Source: a bacterium (GTDB taxonomy: Bacteria; Zhuqueibacterota; QNDG01; JAFGCO01). From it: 64,000 bases of DNA. Positions 20,956-30,903 of the stretch are shown piece after piece; the stretch's first letter is position 1, and the number at the start of each line of letters is the position of its first letter. The DNA lies in contig JAFGGN010000037.1 in NCBI GenBank assembly GCA_016930535.1, positions 66,529 through 130,528 on the forward strand, given 5' to 3'. Under the pieces are notes generated by a model, which was not told the origin of the DNA, did not search any database, and was given only the letters and a program-made list of their open reading frames with translations. Position numbers and translations under genes: made by a program.

Positions 20956-22653
20956 TCATTTCACGGGTTCTGATTGACTCAGTTTTTCCTGAATCCGGGT
21001 ATTGTCCTCATCCAGCGACAACGCCTTTTTCCAGGCGTCCCTCGCTTTTTCCGGCATTCCCAGTGCGGCATAAACATCGCCGAGATGATCATAAACCTCA
21101 TAACTGTCTTTTCTTAACCTGACAGCGGTCTCGATGCAGCTCAGGGCCTCAACCGGCATGCCCATTTGAAAATATATCCAGCCCATGGTGTCGTGATACG
21201 CCCCGTTTTCCGGATCTTTTTCAACGGCGGTCTGCGCCATTTTCATGGCATCCTCCAGCCGTTCCCCGCGCAGGGACAGGCTGTAGGCATAATTGTTCAG
21301 TAACAGCGCATTCTCCGGTTCAAGTGCCAGTGATGTCTGAAACAGACTGTCGGCCTTTAAATAATTACCCAGATTTTCATGCGCGTTGGCCAGAGCACTC
21401 ATCGCGGATATCCAGTCCGGCCGTTTTTTCAGGGCTGTGACCAGCGGCCCAACGGCCTGGCCGTATTGCTCGAGCTGGGCGTAGGCTGTGCCCAGATAGT
21501 AATTTCCCATCGGATCGTCGGGAATATACTGCAATGCCCGGTTCAAATAAACGAGAGCCGAATTCAGACTGTCCATATGGACCAGGGCAAAACCTCCAAA
21601 CAGCCATCCCCATCCGTTTTCCGGAGAAAGTCCTGTCACTTTTCGGAATGAATCAAAAGCAGCACCGTACATTCTCTGGCGCATCAGAAAGCGTCCGTAT
21701 TGAAAATGCGCCTGCCATTCCTGCGGAAAACGGTTCTGGATTTCCTGATACAGATTTCCAGCCTGAACCGAGTCTCCGGTCTGCTGATACAAATCGCCCA
21801 GCTCCAGCCATCGTTCCAGATTGGTCGTATCGATTTCAACCGCTTCAGTATAAACCTGAATGGCCTTTCCCCAGGCCTCCTTTGCAATGTACAGCTGCCC
21901 CAGACGGTCCCTGGCCTCATTCAATGAAGCGGTTTTTTCGATGGCCCGCAGATAATTATCCATGGCCCCCGCCGTGTCCTGTTCGGCTTCACGCGTCATC
22001 CCCAGTCCGAGATATCCAAAGCCCGATTCCGGATGCAGGTCGACAAGCCCCTGAAAATACTGTTTTGATTTTTCAAATTTTTTCAGGTTGAAATAAATTT
22101 CGCCAAGCGATACAAGAACTTTTGGATCCGGAACAGGTTCCAGGTACAGAATGCGTTCATAGGCGGCCGCTGCCGCTTCTATCTTGTCCGCCCGTAAATA
22201 GAGCAGGGCCAGCTTATGCAGCGTGGCAATATGCGTGCTGTCCCGGGCCATAATTGACAGATAGGCCTTTTCGGTCAAATCCCACCAGCCGTGTCTGGCA
22301 TAAATGGAAGCCAGAAGATCCCAGACCTCGATCTGTCCGGGATCCAGTTCCAGTGACCGTTTCAGTGCAAGCATGGCGCTTTCATCTTTACCAAGGCGAA
22401 GATAGTTTTTCCCGATATTCTGATAAATGGTGGGAGAGGTGGAGTCGTACAGGGTTGCTTCCTGGTACATGAGAAGTGCGGCGGCATAATTCTGATTCAA
22501 TTCATGATTCAGCCCGTCGATGAACAGCCCGACCGCCTTAGGATCAGGTTCCGACTGAACGGGGCCGGAAACGATGACCGTTTTCGTTGCACACCCCGAT
22601 ATAATCAGACCCAGACCCGCTATGATGACAAAAAATGGTTTTTTACTGGTCAC
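20956..22653 (-). CDS. TPR-repeat lipoprotein
   Basis: Lipobox ISGC, many TPRs, C-terminal LNNYAY..DTMGW..DHLGD; GTG start. Confidence 0.88.
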   Translation of the reverse strand: MTSKKPFFVIIAGLGLIISGCATKTVIVSGPVQSEPDPKAVGLFIDGLNHELNQNYAAALLMYQEATLYDSTSPTIYQNIGKNYLRLGKDESAMLALKRSLELDPGQIEVWDLLASIYARHGWWDLTEKAYLSIMARDSTHIATLHKLALLYLRADKIEAAAAAYERILYLEPVPDPKVLVSLGEIYFNLKKFEKSKQYFQGLVDLHPESGFGYLGLGMTREAEQDTAGAMDNYLRAIEKTASLNEARDRLGQLYIAKEAWGKAIQVYTEAVEIDTTNLERWLELGDLYQQTGDSVQAGNLYQEIQNRFPQEWQAHFQYGRFLMRQRMYGAAFDSFRKVTGLSPENGWGWLFGGFALVHMDSLNSALVYLNRALQYIPDDPMGNYYLGTAYAQLEQYGQAVGPLVTALKKRPDWISAMSALANAHENLGNYLKADSLFQTSLALEPENALLLNNYAYSLSLRGERLEDAMKMAQTAVEKDPENGAYHDTMGWIYFQMGMPVEALSCIETAVRLRKDSYEVYDHLGDVYAALGMPEKARDAWKKALSLDEDNTRIQEKLSQSEPVK

Positions 22654-22882
22654 TTTATCCTTAACCCGTATTGTTTTAATGAGTTATCAAATTTAATAAA
22701 TAATTGCTTTAAAAACCACATGAAAATCCCTTTATGGCAGTCTGTCCCTTTTCACGCCGGAATATGCATCAATATGGATTCTGTATCAGATTGAACCGGC
22801 CACCTTATGGACGACGGACAGGCATGAAAAGTTCCCTTTTCTTCAATGACACTCCGTCCTTGGTTCATTCGGGTTTTCATGC

Positions 22883-22911
22883 TTGCCAAAAGATGGTACG
22901 CTTTGTATATT
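22883..22911 (+). promoter_or_regulatory. Putative sigma70 promoter of priA
   Basis: TTGCCA-17 bp-TATATT; predicted +1 falls on the ATG at 22918. Confidence 0.5.
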
Positions 22912-22917
22912 CAAACC

Positions 22918-25374
22918 ATGCCGGGATCCCGTGAAAAAAAATTGGCCGACGTCGTTTTTCCGTTGCTGCCTCTGAAAACACTGACCTATCTCGTCCCCAT
23001 TCCGTTCCGGGATGAAATCGGTGTGGGGCATCGCGTCGTTGTACCCGTGGGAAAACGTCATGAATGCGGCCTCATCGTTTCCTTTCCGGAAAAAACTCCC
23101 TTGAAATCTTTAAAGCCCATCGAAGATTTGGTGGAACCGGAGCCACTGCTTTCGCAGGAAATCATCGACCTTGCGAAATGGGCCTCGGATTACTACATGT
23201 GCACGATTGGCGAGGTCATCCGGGCCATGCTGCCTTCCGTATTGCACAGAGAAACGGATCTGCTTCTTAAAAAAAACCAGGAAGCGGCCATACCGGGGAG
23301 CGGGTCCGATCCCGGGCTTCCCAAAAAACAACAATCGATCATGTCACTTTTCGAAACACGGGACACCCTGACATTTCATACCGTTCAAAAAAACCTAAAG
23401 ATGAACGCGCTGCGTCATGAAATCAGACAGCTCGAATCGCTCGGATTGATCCATGTTCATTATATTCTTGAAGAACCGCGCTCCAGGCCCAAGATGGAAA
23501 CCCGCATTACGCTTCTGAAGAGCCCCTCTGAAGCGGATTGGGATATCCTGAAAAAAGCACCACGGCAGGCCGAAATTCTGAAGCAAATCATCGGACAGGA
23601 CGGCTGTATTGTCCGGTCGGATCTGAATACGGATCTCTCGGTTCTGAGAAATCTTGAACAACGCGGATGGATATCTCTCAGCGAAAAAGAAACCTACAGA
23701 GATCCCTATGCACATATCGTACCCGGGAAACCGAAAGATATCAGTCTGACCACGCACCAGAGCGAGGCCGTCGGCAGGATAACGGAATCCCTGAAATGCG
23801 CTGATTTTATTCCGTTCCTGCTATACGGCATCACTGCCAGCGGAAAAACCCAGGTGTACATCGAGGTCGTCCGTGAAGCCCTGAACCAGGGGAAAACCGC
23901 ATTGATCTTGATCCCCGAGATCTCACTCACCCCCCAGGCTGTACAACGTTATCGTTCCGTTTTCCATGAAGAAGTGGCGATTGTACACAGCCGCATGTCC
24001 CACGGAGAACGGTTCGACTCATGGAGAAAACTGAAGGAGGGCAAATGCCGGATCGCTCTGGGACCTCGTTCGGCTGTTTTTGCGCCTCTTGGGCATCTCG
24101 GTGTCATCATCGTGGACGAAGAACATGATGCCTCATATAAACAGAATGATCCCGCACCGAGGTATCATGCCCGTGATCTGGCCATCATGCGCGCTTCAAT
24201 TAACCGCTGCGTCGTGGTTCTGGGATCCGCATCTCCCAGTTTTGAATCCTATGCAAATGCAAAAGAAGGCAAATACCGCTTATGCCGGCTGCCGGAACGC
24301 ATAGACCAGGTCGAGTTGCCGGCCATATCACTCGTGGACCGCAATGAAGTGCCCGGAGAATACCGGCGCCGTATCATTTCTCCCTTGCTGGAGGAAAAAA
24401 TCGGGAAGTGCCTGGCTCAGGGTGAACAGACCATACTCCTGCAAAACCGAAGGGGGTATGCCACTTTCCTGCGGTGCAGATCCTGCGGTTCCATTGAAAC
24501 CTGTGTCAACTGTGATATCACATTGACCTATCACAGAACCGATTGCACACTGCGATGCCATTTATGCGGTTATCAGAAGGCGGCGCCCAGTTCCTGTTCA
24601 CAATGCGGCGGGCCCAATCTTGGTTATCGCGGTACAGGAACACAAAAAGTCGAGGAAGAAATCCGTTCCCTGTTCGAGGAAATCCGGCTGCTTCGCATGG
24701 ACACAGATACTACCCGATCCAAACACGCACACAGCGATATCGTACACCATTTTGAAAATCATCAGGCGGACCTGCTGTTGGGAACCCAGATGGTGGCCAA
24801 GGGGCACGATTTTCCGGGCGTCAGTCTTGTTGGGGTCATTTCTGCTGATACAGGTCTGCTGTTTCCGGATTTCCGGGCGGAAGAACGGACATTTCAAATG
24901 CTCCTTCAGGCGGCAGGCCGGGCCGGACGGCGCCATCGAAGAGGCGAAGTGGTGATTCAGACTTTTTATCCGGACCATCCCATTTTCGCCTATACTCTGA
25001 ATCAGGATTACGAGGCATTCTTTGAATACGCGATTGCACATCGCCGCTCGCTGAATTACCCCCCATTCGGAAAATTGATCGTGCTTCGTTTCAGGGGACC
25101 CTGGCTGAAAAGCGTGGAGAATGCAGCCCGGGCTTTCTCCGGATCATTGCCGGAGCATGCGCATATCACCAAACTGGGTCCCGTGGCCTCCCCGATCTCG
25201 AGGAAAAAGGGCCAGTATCTGTATCAAATTGTACTGCGATCTGCCAAACAGAACGACAAAAGTGGTCGAAAATTGCGCGATGCCATCCGGGCCGCAATGC
25301 GCCGGTATGAAAACACCTACCATTTCCCGGATGTCCGGCTTATCGTGGATGTCGATCCCGTGGATTTATTATAA
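22918..25374 (+). CDS. priA: Primosomal protein N'
   Basis: GITASGKT, LIPEISLTPQ, DEEH, paired CxxC zinc motifs, GTQMVAKGHDF and QAAGRAGR; start uncertain (22846-22918). Confidence 0.95.
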   Translation: MPGSREKKLADVVFPLLPLKTLTYLVPIPFRDEIGVGHRVVVPVGKRHECGLIVSFPEKTPLKSLKPIEDLVEPEPLLSQEIIDLAKWASDYYMCTIGEVIRAMLPSVLHRETDLLLKKNQEAAIPGSGSDPGLPKKQQSIMSLFETRDTLTFHTVQKNLKMNALRHEIRQLESLGLIHVHYILEEPRSRPKMETRITLLKSPSEADWDILKKAPRQAEILKQIIGQDGCIVRSDLNTDLSVLRNLEQRGWISLSEKETYRDPYAHIVPGKPKDISLTTHQSEAVGRITESLKCADFIPFLLYGITASGKTQVYIEVVREALNQGKTALILIPEISLTPQAVQRYRSVFHEEVAIVHSRMSHGERFDSWRKLKEGKCRIALGPRSAVFAPLGHLGVIIVDEEHDASYKQNDPAPRYHARDLAIMRASINRCVVVLGSASPSFESYANAKEGKYRLCRLPERIDQVELPAISLVDRNEVPGEYRRRIISPLLEEKIGKCLAQGEQTILLQNRRGYATFLRCRSCGSIETCVNCDITLTYHRTDCTLRCHLCGYQKAAPSSCSQCGGPNLGYRGTGTQKVEEEIRSLFEEIRLLRMDTDTTRSKHAHSDIVHHFENHQADLLLGTQMVAKGHDFPGVSLVGVISADTGLLFPDFRAEERTFQMLLQAAGRAGRRHRRGEVVIQTFYPDHPIFAYTLNQDYEAFFEYAIAHRRSLNYPPFGKLIVLRFRGPWLKSVENAARAFSGSLPEHAHITKLGPVASPISRKKGQYLYQIVLRSAKQNDKSGRKLRDAIRAAMRRYENTYHFPDVRLIVDVDPVDLL

Positions 25375-25446
25375 ATTGTTTCCATGTTGTAAGGATATTT
25401 GTGCAAAATGCAAATTTTCCATTCAAATGACGGGTTTTTAATTACT

Positions 25447-25462
25447 TGGTTCATTTTTTGCA
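25447..25462 (+). promoter_or_regulatory. Possible sigma54 (-24/-12) promoter of the metallophosphoesterase-mglBA operon
   Basis: TGGTTCATTTTTTGCA has exact GG-N10-GC spacing with TTGCA, in an AT-rich intergenic region. Confidence 0.4.
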
Positions 25463-25524
25463 ATAAATCCTGTGCGCATAAAACTGACAGCAATTATGAC
25501 CATTTATGAAATTGGAGGGGCTGA

Positions 25525-26253
25525 TTGCGCGTTGGAATATTTGCAGATGTTCATGCCAATGAAGAAGCCCTCGATGTTGTTTTGAGCGCACTCAGGCAGG
25601 AAACTGTGGATCAGATCATTTGCTTGGGAGACCTGGTCGGCTATGGACCCAATCCAAATGAATGTATTTCAAAAATATCAGAGACCGCCGATATTGTAAT
25701 CGCCGGAAATCACGACTGGGGAGCCATCGAAAAAATGCCTGTCGAAGGATTCAATCCTTTTGCCAGGCAGGCCATCACGTGGACGCAGGAAGTGCTGAAC
25801 GCGGAATCCCGTAAAATACTGAACGCATTGCCGCTGATTCAGGATGATGGTGTCATTATGGCCGTTCACGCTTCCCCTGAGTTGCCCGATCATTGGCATT
25901 ATGTATCCAGTGAAGATGCGGTATTCCGCAGCCTGATGGCCCAGACTTCTCCTTACTGTTTTATCGGCCATACACATATCCCCGCCATTTACAGCCGCGC
26001 AGTCAACGGGGATATCATGATGCAGAAAGGCGGAAGTCTGACACTGGACCGCGGGCAACTGCATCTTGTCAATGTGGGGAGTGTGGGTCAGCCAAGGGAC
26101 AGTGATCCAAGGGCAGCCTACGGCATACTCGATATTGAAAGATCCCGGTTCGATCTGTTTCGATTACCATACAATATCAAACAAGTACAGGAGAAAATGA
26201 AAGACGCCGGTTTATCGGATTTTCTTATTCAGCGCCTGACTGTCGGGCAATAA
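25525..26253 (+). CDS. Calcineurin-like metallophosphoesterase (YfcE/MJ0912-like)
   Basis: DVHAN, GDLVGYG, GNHD, GHTH and NVGSVGQPRD; TTG start after GGAGG. Confidence 0.9.
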   Translation: MRVGIFADVHANEEALDVVLSALRQETVDQIICLGDLVGYGPNPNECISKISETADIVIAGNHDWGAIEKMPVEGFNPFARQAITWTQEVLNAESRKILNALPLIQDDGVIMAVHASPELPDHWHYVSSEDAVFRSLMAQTSPYCFIGHTHIPAIYSRAVNGDIMMQKGGSLTLDRGQLHLVNVGSVGQPRDSDPRAAYGILDIERSRFDLFRLPYNIKQVQEKMKDAGLSDFLIQRLTVGQ

Positions 26254-26277
26254 ACGATCTTTGGGGGAAAGTGTTCC

Positions 26278-26766
26278 ATGTCAGAAAATGCAAGCATCAG
26301 TCACACTCAATACGATCAGGTCATCGCCTGTCTCACCGAGCTGTTAAAAAAACTCCGGCTGAAGGCCGTTCTTGTCGTGAACAGCTCCGGGAGAATCATT
26401 GCCGAAAAAATAAGACAGAAAACCAGTATGGAAACCACGACGCTGGCCACTTTGGCTTCCGGAAGCTATGCAGCGGCAGCCGAAATGGCCCGTCAGCTGG
26501 GTGAACACAATCATTTCAAAATGATGCTGCATGAAGGTCACAAACAAAATGTTTTTATTTCGTCGATTACCGATGATTTTTTTCTCATCATTGTATTTGA
26601 AACAGATGTGGCACTGGGCATGGTCCGGCTATTTGCTAAACGGACGATGGTGCAATTGAATCCGATATTGTCAGAAAAACCCAAAAATCAGTTTGCCGAA
26701 TTATTTGATCAACATTTCCAGGGATTGCTGAATGAAAAACTGGATCAGGCATTCCTGGATGAATAA
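26278..26766 (+). CDS. mglB: Roadblock/LC7 protein, MglB-like GAP
   Basis: LATLASGSYAAAAEMARQLGE..F..MLHEG..NVFIS and LGMVRL; directly upstream of mglA. Confidence 0.88.
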   Translation: MSENASISHTQYDQVIACLTELLKKLRLKAVLVVNSSGRIIAEKIRQKTSMETTTLATLASGSYAAAAEMARQLGEHNHFKMMLHEGHKQNVFISSITDDFFLIIVFETDVALGMVRLFAKRTMVQLNPILSEKPKNQFAELFDQHFQGLLNEKLDQAFLDE

Positions 26767-26789
26767 AACCCTGCCATGAGGTTGATATC

Positions 26790-27398
26790 ATGTTTATTCA
26801 CTGGGCATTAAAAGAAATTCATCTGAAAATTGTGTACTACGGTCCGGGATTATGCGGAAAGACAGCCAATTTGCAGTACATTTATACACGGATCGATCCT
26901 GCGCTGAAAGGGGACCTGATTACCCTCAAAACCCGTGAGGACAGGACCATTTTCTTTGATTTCCTTCAGCTTGAAGTCGGCCAGATCGATGAAAAAAAAC
27001 CGAAATTCAATTTGTATACGGTTCCCGGCCAAATTAACTACAATCATACGAGAAAAGTGGTTCTGAACGGTGTCGACGGACTGGTTTTTGTCGCGGATTC
27101 CCAGAAAGAGATGATGGATGCCAATCTGGACACGTTACTGGACCTGGAAAAGCACCTGATCGCGGACGGAAAATCGCTGGAAGAGTTTCCCTGGGTGCTG
27201 CAGTACAACAAAAGAGATCTGCCGAATATTGAATCGATTCAGGAAATGGAAACCAAGCTGAACTTTTTTAATGTTCCCAGTTTCGAAGCAGTCGCCACAC
27301 GGGGTACAGGCGTTTTCCCTACATTGAAGGAGGTCATCAAACAGGTGGTAGCCAAGGTCCAGCAGCAGATTGAAGAAGGGAAGAGGATGCGGGCATGA
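26790..27398 (+). CDS. mglA: MglA-family small GTPase
   Basis: KIVYYGPGLCGKT, DRTIFFDF, YTVPGQ, GVDGLVFVADSQ and QYNKRDLP. Confidence 0.93.
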   Translation: MFIHWALKEIHLKIVYYGPGLCGKTANLQYIYTRIDPALKGDLITLKTREDRTIFFDFLQLEVGQIDEKKPKFNLYTVPGQINYNHTRKVVLNGVDGLVFVADSQKEMMDANLDTLLDLEKHLIADGKSLEEFPWVLQYNKRDLPNIESIQEMETKLNFFNVPSFEAVATRGTGVFPTLKEVIKQVVAKVQQQIEEGKRMRA

Positions 27399-27763
27399 CA
27401 GACAGCACCGTTCAGGCCGAAATAGAGACGGCCATGCAGATTTTTAAATCGGAGGACCGTTGGGAATGCATTCAGCTCTATTCAGCCGACGGTCTGCTTC
27501 TTGCCGGCCATGGATTGTCCCCTGTCTACAGCCATGACACTCTGCTGGAATTTAACTTCTCACTGATCGAAACACTCAGGCTTCTGGGAACCGACCAGCC
27601 CGTGAAAGAAATCATGATTCAGGGCATCGATAAAAGACGTCTTGTGTTCCGGTTTTTCCAGGCCTGGGATGAAACCGTTGTACTCGCCGCCATCCTTCAT
27701 ACACAAAAGGGTTATCGCAGGGCCATGGCAAAACTGATCGGCCTGATTCAGGCCATATCCTGA
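27395..27763 (+). CDS. Divergent roadblock/LC7-like protein
   Basis: ATGA overlap with mglA; 122 aa with SADGLLLA and a helix-2 strand-helix-3 strand-helix pattern. Confidence 0.55.
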   Translation: MTDSTVQAEIETAMQIFKSEDRWECIQLYSADGLLLAGHGLSPVYSHDTLLEFNFSLIETLRLLGTDQPVKEIMIQGIDKRRLVFRFFQAWDETVVLAAILHTQKGYRRAMAKLIGLIQAIS

Positions 27764-27946
27764 TCCGGATTCCAATTAGAAAACTATTATCATAAACCTA
27801 TTTCGTTTCCCGCGGATAATGATCATTTCCTAAAAACCTTTATTCCCGTTACAAAAGCGCACCCGTTCCGCTCCTTAACCACTTTGAATTTTGATTTCAG
27901 TCAAATATTCACTATTTTATCCAATCTGATCAAAGGACACGCTACT

Positions 27947-29245
27947 ATGGAAACAGGTCCAAATACGGTTTCTCCGCAAAAATTACGATCCATCCGTTCC
28001 TGGTGTATGTATGACTGGGCGATATCGGGATTTCAGACCACGATCATAGGCGCTGTCCTGCCCATTTTCTTTCGTCAGGTTGCATGCCACAATGTGCCGC
28101 AAAATCATCTGGCCACATCGATATGGGGTTATATTTCTTCCATTGCCATGACTTGCGTGGCTCTTCTGTCGCTGCTGCTCGGTCCGGTTTCCGATCACAG
28201 TGCCGTAAAAAAACCCTTTCTGGGATTGTTCACGGGCATTGGAATCATATTTACGGGTGCGATGGCATTTACGGGTGCCGGTCAATGGCTCTGGATTTCA
28301 ATTCTTTTCATCGTGGCCAGTATCGCAGCAGCCGGGTCCGAAGTGTTTTATGACGGCCTTCTTCCCCATATCGCAGCTCCGGAAGAACTCGACCGCATTT
28401 CAACCCGCGGTTACGCATACGGATACCTCGGCGGCGGATTACTGCTGGCTGTCAATATTCTCATGATTTTTTATCTGCCTCAGACTGAAATCGCACCCGG
28501 CAAGCAGGTGCCGCTTTGGGGTATGCAATTGTCCTTTATCAGTGTTGCATTCTGGTGGGGTGTTTTCGCGATGCCGCTTTTTAAATGGGTGCCGGAGCCT
28601 CCCAGGGCCGCCGCATACCGGCCGGGCCTGCAAACGCTGTCCATCGCTGTAAACCGGTTGAAAAATACATTTATGAATATCCGGAAATATAAAAACGCCT
28701 TTATCCTGCTGCTCGCGTTCTGGCTGTACAGTGATGGAATCGGGACCGTCATCAAAATGGCCACAGCATACGGGGATGAAATCGGAATCGGATATATGGA
28801 TCTGATCGGCGCTTTTGTGATGGTTCAGTTTATTGGCATACCCTGCACTGTTCTTTTCGGAAAAATAGCCGATGTCATCGGGGCCAAACGGTCCATTTTA
28901 CTGGGCCTGCTTATTTATACCGGGATCTCCATCGGCGGATTTTTTATGCAGAAGGCCGTTCATTTCTGGATCCTGGCCGGATTCGTGGGAATGGTTCAGG
29001 GAGGGACACAGGCACTGAGCCGTTCAATGTATGCCCGGATGATACCGAAAGATAAAAGTGCGGAATTTTTCAGCTTTTACACTATCAGCGGCAAATTTGC
29101 AGGTATTATGGGACCCGCGTTTTTTGCTCTGTCCGGTCAATTGTTTCATAACAGCAGGTACGGAATTCTGTGTCTGGTTCTCTTTTTCATCACGGGTGGA
29201 ATCCTGCTGCTCAAGGTTCCCGATAATCCGGAAAACGGGGCATGA
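27947..29245 (+). CDS. MFS transporter (UMF1/ATG22-like)
   Basis: WCMYDWA, RISTRGYAYGYLGG, GGTQALSRS and AEFFSFY. Confidence 0.88.
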   Translation: METGPNTVSPQKLRSIRSWCMYDWAISGFQTTIIGAVLPIFFRQVACHNVPQNHLATSIWGYISSIAMTCVALLSLLLGPVSDHSAVKKPFLGLFTGIGIIFTGAMAFTGAGQWLWISILFIVASIAAAGSEVFYDGLLPHIAAPEELDRISTRGYAYGYLGGGLLLAVNILMIFYLPQTEIAPGKQVPLWGMQLSFISVAFWWGVFAMPLFKWVPEPPRAAAYRPGLQTLSIAVNRLKNTFMNIRKYKNAFILLLAFWLYSDGIGTVIKMATAYGDEIGIGYMDLIGAFVMVQFIGIPCTVLFGKIADVIGAKRSILLGLLIYTGISIGGFFMQKAVHFWILAGFVGMVQGGTQALSRSMYARMIPKDKSAEFFSFYTISGKFAGIMGPAFFALSGQLFHNSRYGILCLVLFFITGGILLLKVPDNPENGA

Positions 29246-29250
29246 TGATT

Positions 29251-29847
29251 TTAATCGTCCGCTGCGCCGTATATGGCATGAAAGAAAACCGGATCACGAT
29301 TTGGTTCCAGCACAATGATGTGAAAATCGTTGTACCGTGCAAGCGGGCTTGAATCTTTGTTGAATATGCGGTACAGTGTATACAGGTTGCCTTCCTCACC
29401 CCTTCTCGAAGTGGACATATTTCCGATAAAAAGAATGTTTTCTCCCATATGGGCAGGAAGTATTTTTTCGATAAAATACTCCGCCAGCAAGCTGCTGTCA
29501 TCCCGTAAATCCTGCGGCAGAACCTGGATAGTCAAATCCAGATGATCCGCAAGGGGGCCCGCAGTCTGTTTGTTTCGTTCCCAGTCCGGACAGATGATGG
29601 CCGTAATGCCGCTGTCCGCCAGCAGTTCTTTGAGCGACTGCGCCCTTGCCCTGCCTTTTTCATTCAGGGGCGGATCCGGTCCAGGATCTCTCTCGGCATG
29701 ACGAACCAGATAGATTTTCGTCCGGGCAGTCACGAAAACCTGTTCCGCTTTATCCGCCTGCCCCGAGCCATGAGCCGCAATGCAGAAAAACACGGTGCCG
29801 GTCAGGGCAAATATTTGGCGGAACGAAATAAAACGCCGTTTATGCAT
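29251..29847 (-). CDS. Exported histidine-phosphatase-superfamily protein (SixA/PGM-like)
   Basis: YLVRHAE, LNEKGRARA and R..QT; KRRF signal peptide. Confidence 0.75.
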   Translation of the reverse strand: MHKRRFISFRQIFALTGTVFFCIAAHGSGQADKAEQVFVTARTKIYLVRHAERDPGPDPPLNEKGRARAQSLKELLADSGITAIICPDWERNKQTAGPLADHLDLTIQVLPQDLRDDSSLLAEYFIEKILPAHMGENILFIGNMSTSRRGEEGNLYTLYRIFNKDSSPLARYNDFHIIVLEPNRDPVFFHAIYGAADD

Positions 29848-30901
29848 CGCTCAGTATACCGCCTTCCAGAAGTACTTTCCGTATGGACAGTTCAAAAGGA
29901 GGAGTCAGCACACCTTTTTCGGTCACAATCGCGGTCACCAGATGATTGGGCGTGACATCGAACGCCGGATTGTATACGGGAACCGCTTCCGGCACGGTGA
30001 TTCTTCCCATAAATGCAGCGACTTCTGATCTGTCACGCTGTTCGATGGGTATTTCTGATCCGGAGGAAATCGACAGATCGAAACTGGACACCGGAGCCAC
30101 CACGTAAAATGGAATTTCATGTTTTTCTGCCAGCACGGACAGCATATATGTGCCCACTTTATTGGCAACATCCCCATTGGCCGCAATACGGTCGGCCCCG
30201 ACGATGACGCAATCGACTTCTCCCCGCTGCATCAGAAAGGCAGCCGCCGAATCACACAGAACCGTGACGCTTATACCGTTCGCATTCAACTCCCATGAAG
30301 TCAGGCGGGCTCCCTGAAGAAGCGGACGGGTTTCATCAGCGTAGACTTTGATTTCCTTGCCTTGGGAAACCGCCTCATAAATCACGGCCAGTGCGGTTCC
30401 ATACTCTGAAGTTGCCAGCGCTCCGGCATTGCAATGAGTCAGAATATTGGCTGCATCGGGAATCAGTTCTGCACCATGTACACCAAGTTGATGACAGATC
30501 AGACGGTCCTCGTTCAGTATATCGAGTGCTTCCTGTAAAAGCCTCTCGCGGATTTCGCCGGGACTCAAATGTGCAGCCTGGTTCAGAACCTGCTCCATCC
30601 GGTTCAGTGCCCAGAACAGATTGACCGCGGTGGGACGGGTACGGCCCAGCACGTCCATCGCGTCGCGAATACTGCTGATGAACGCTTCCGCCGGTTCATC
30701 CGTATGATTATTGGCTGCCAGTGCAACGCCGAGAGCTGCCGCTATACCGATGGCCGGAGCGCCCCGCACCCGTAAGGAACAAATGGCCTCCGCAAGATCC
30801 TCTACTGTTTCAATATTGAGGTAGAGTGAATGCCCCGGAAGTGCTGTCTGGTCGATCAGCCGTATCTTGTTCTCTGTCCAGTCTATCGTGCGAAATGTCA
30901 T
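29840..30901 (-). CDS. mtnA: S-methyl-5-thioribose-1-phosphate isomerase
   Basis: VRGAPAIG, RPTAVNL, THCNAGALAT, ETRPLLQGARLT and NPAFDVTP. Confidence 0.93.
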   Translation of the reverse strand: MTFRTIDWTENKIRLIDQTALPGHSLYLNIETVEDLAEAICSLRVRGAPAIGIAAALGVALAANNHTDEPAEAFISSIRDAMDVLGRTRPTAVNLFWALNRMEQVLNQAAHLSPGEIRERLLQEALDILNEDRLICHQLGVHGAELIPDAANILTHCNAGALATSEYGTALAVIYEAVSQGKEIKVYADETRPLLQGARLTSWELNANGISVTVLCDSAAAFLMQRGEVDCVIVGADRIAANGDVANKVGTYMLSVLAEKHEIPFYVVAPVSSFDLSISSGSEIPIEQRDRSEVAAFMGRITVPEAVPVYNPAFDVTPNHLVTAIVTEKGVLTPPFELSIRKVLLEGGILSDA

Positions 30902-30903
30902 GG

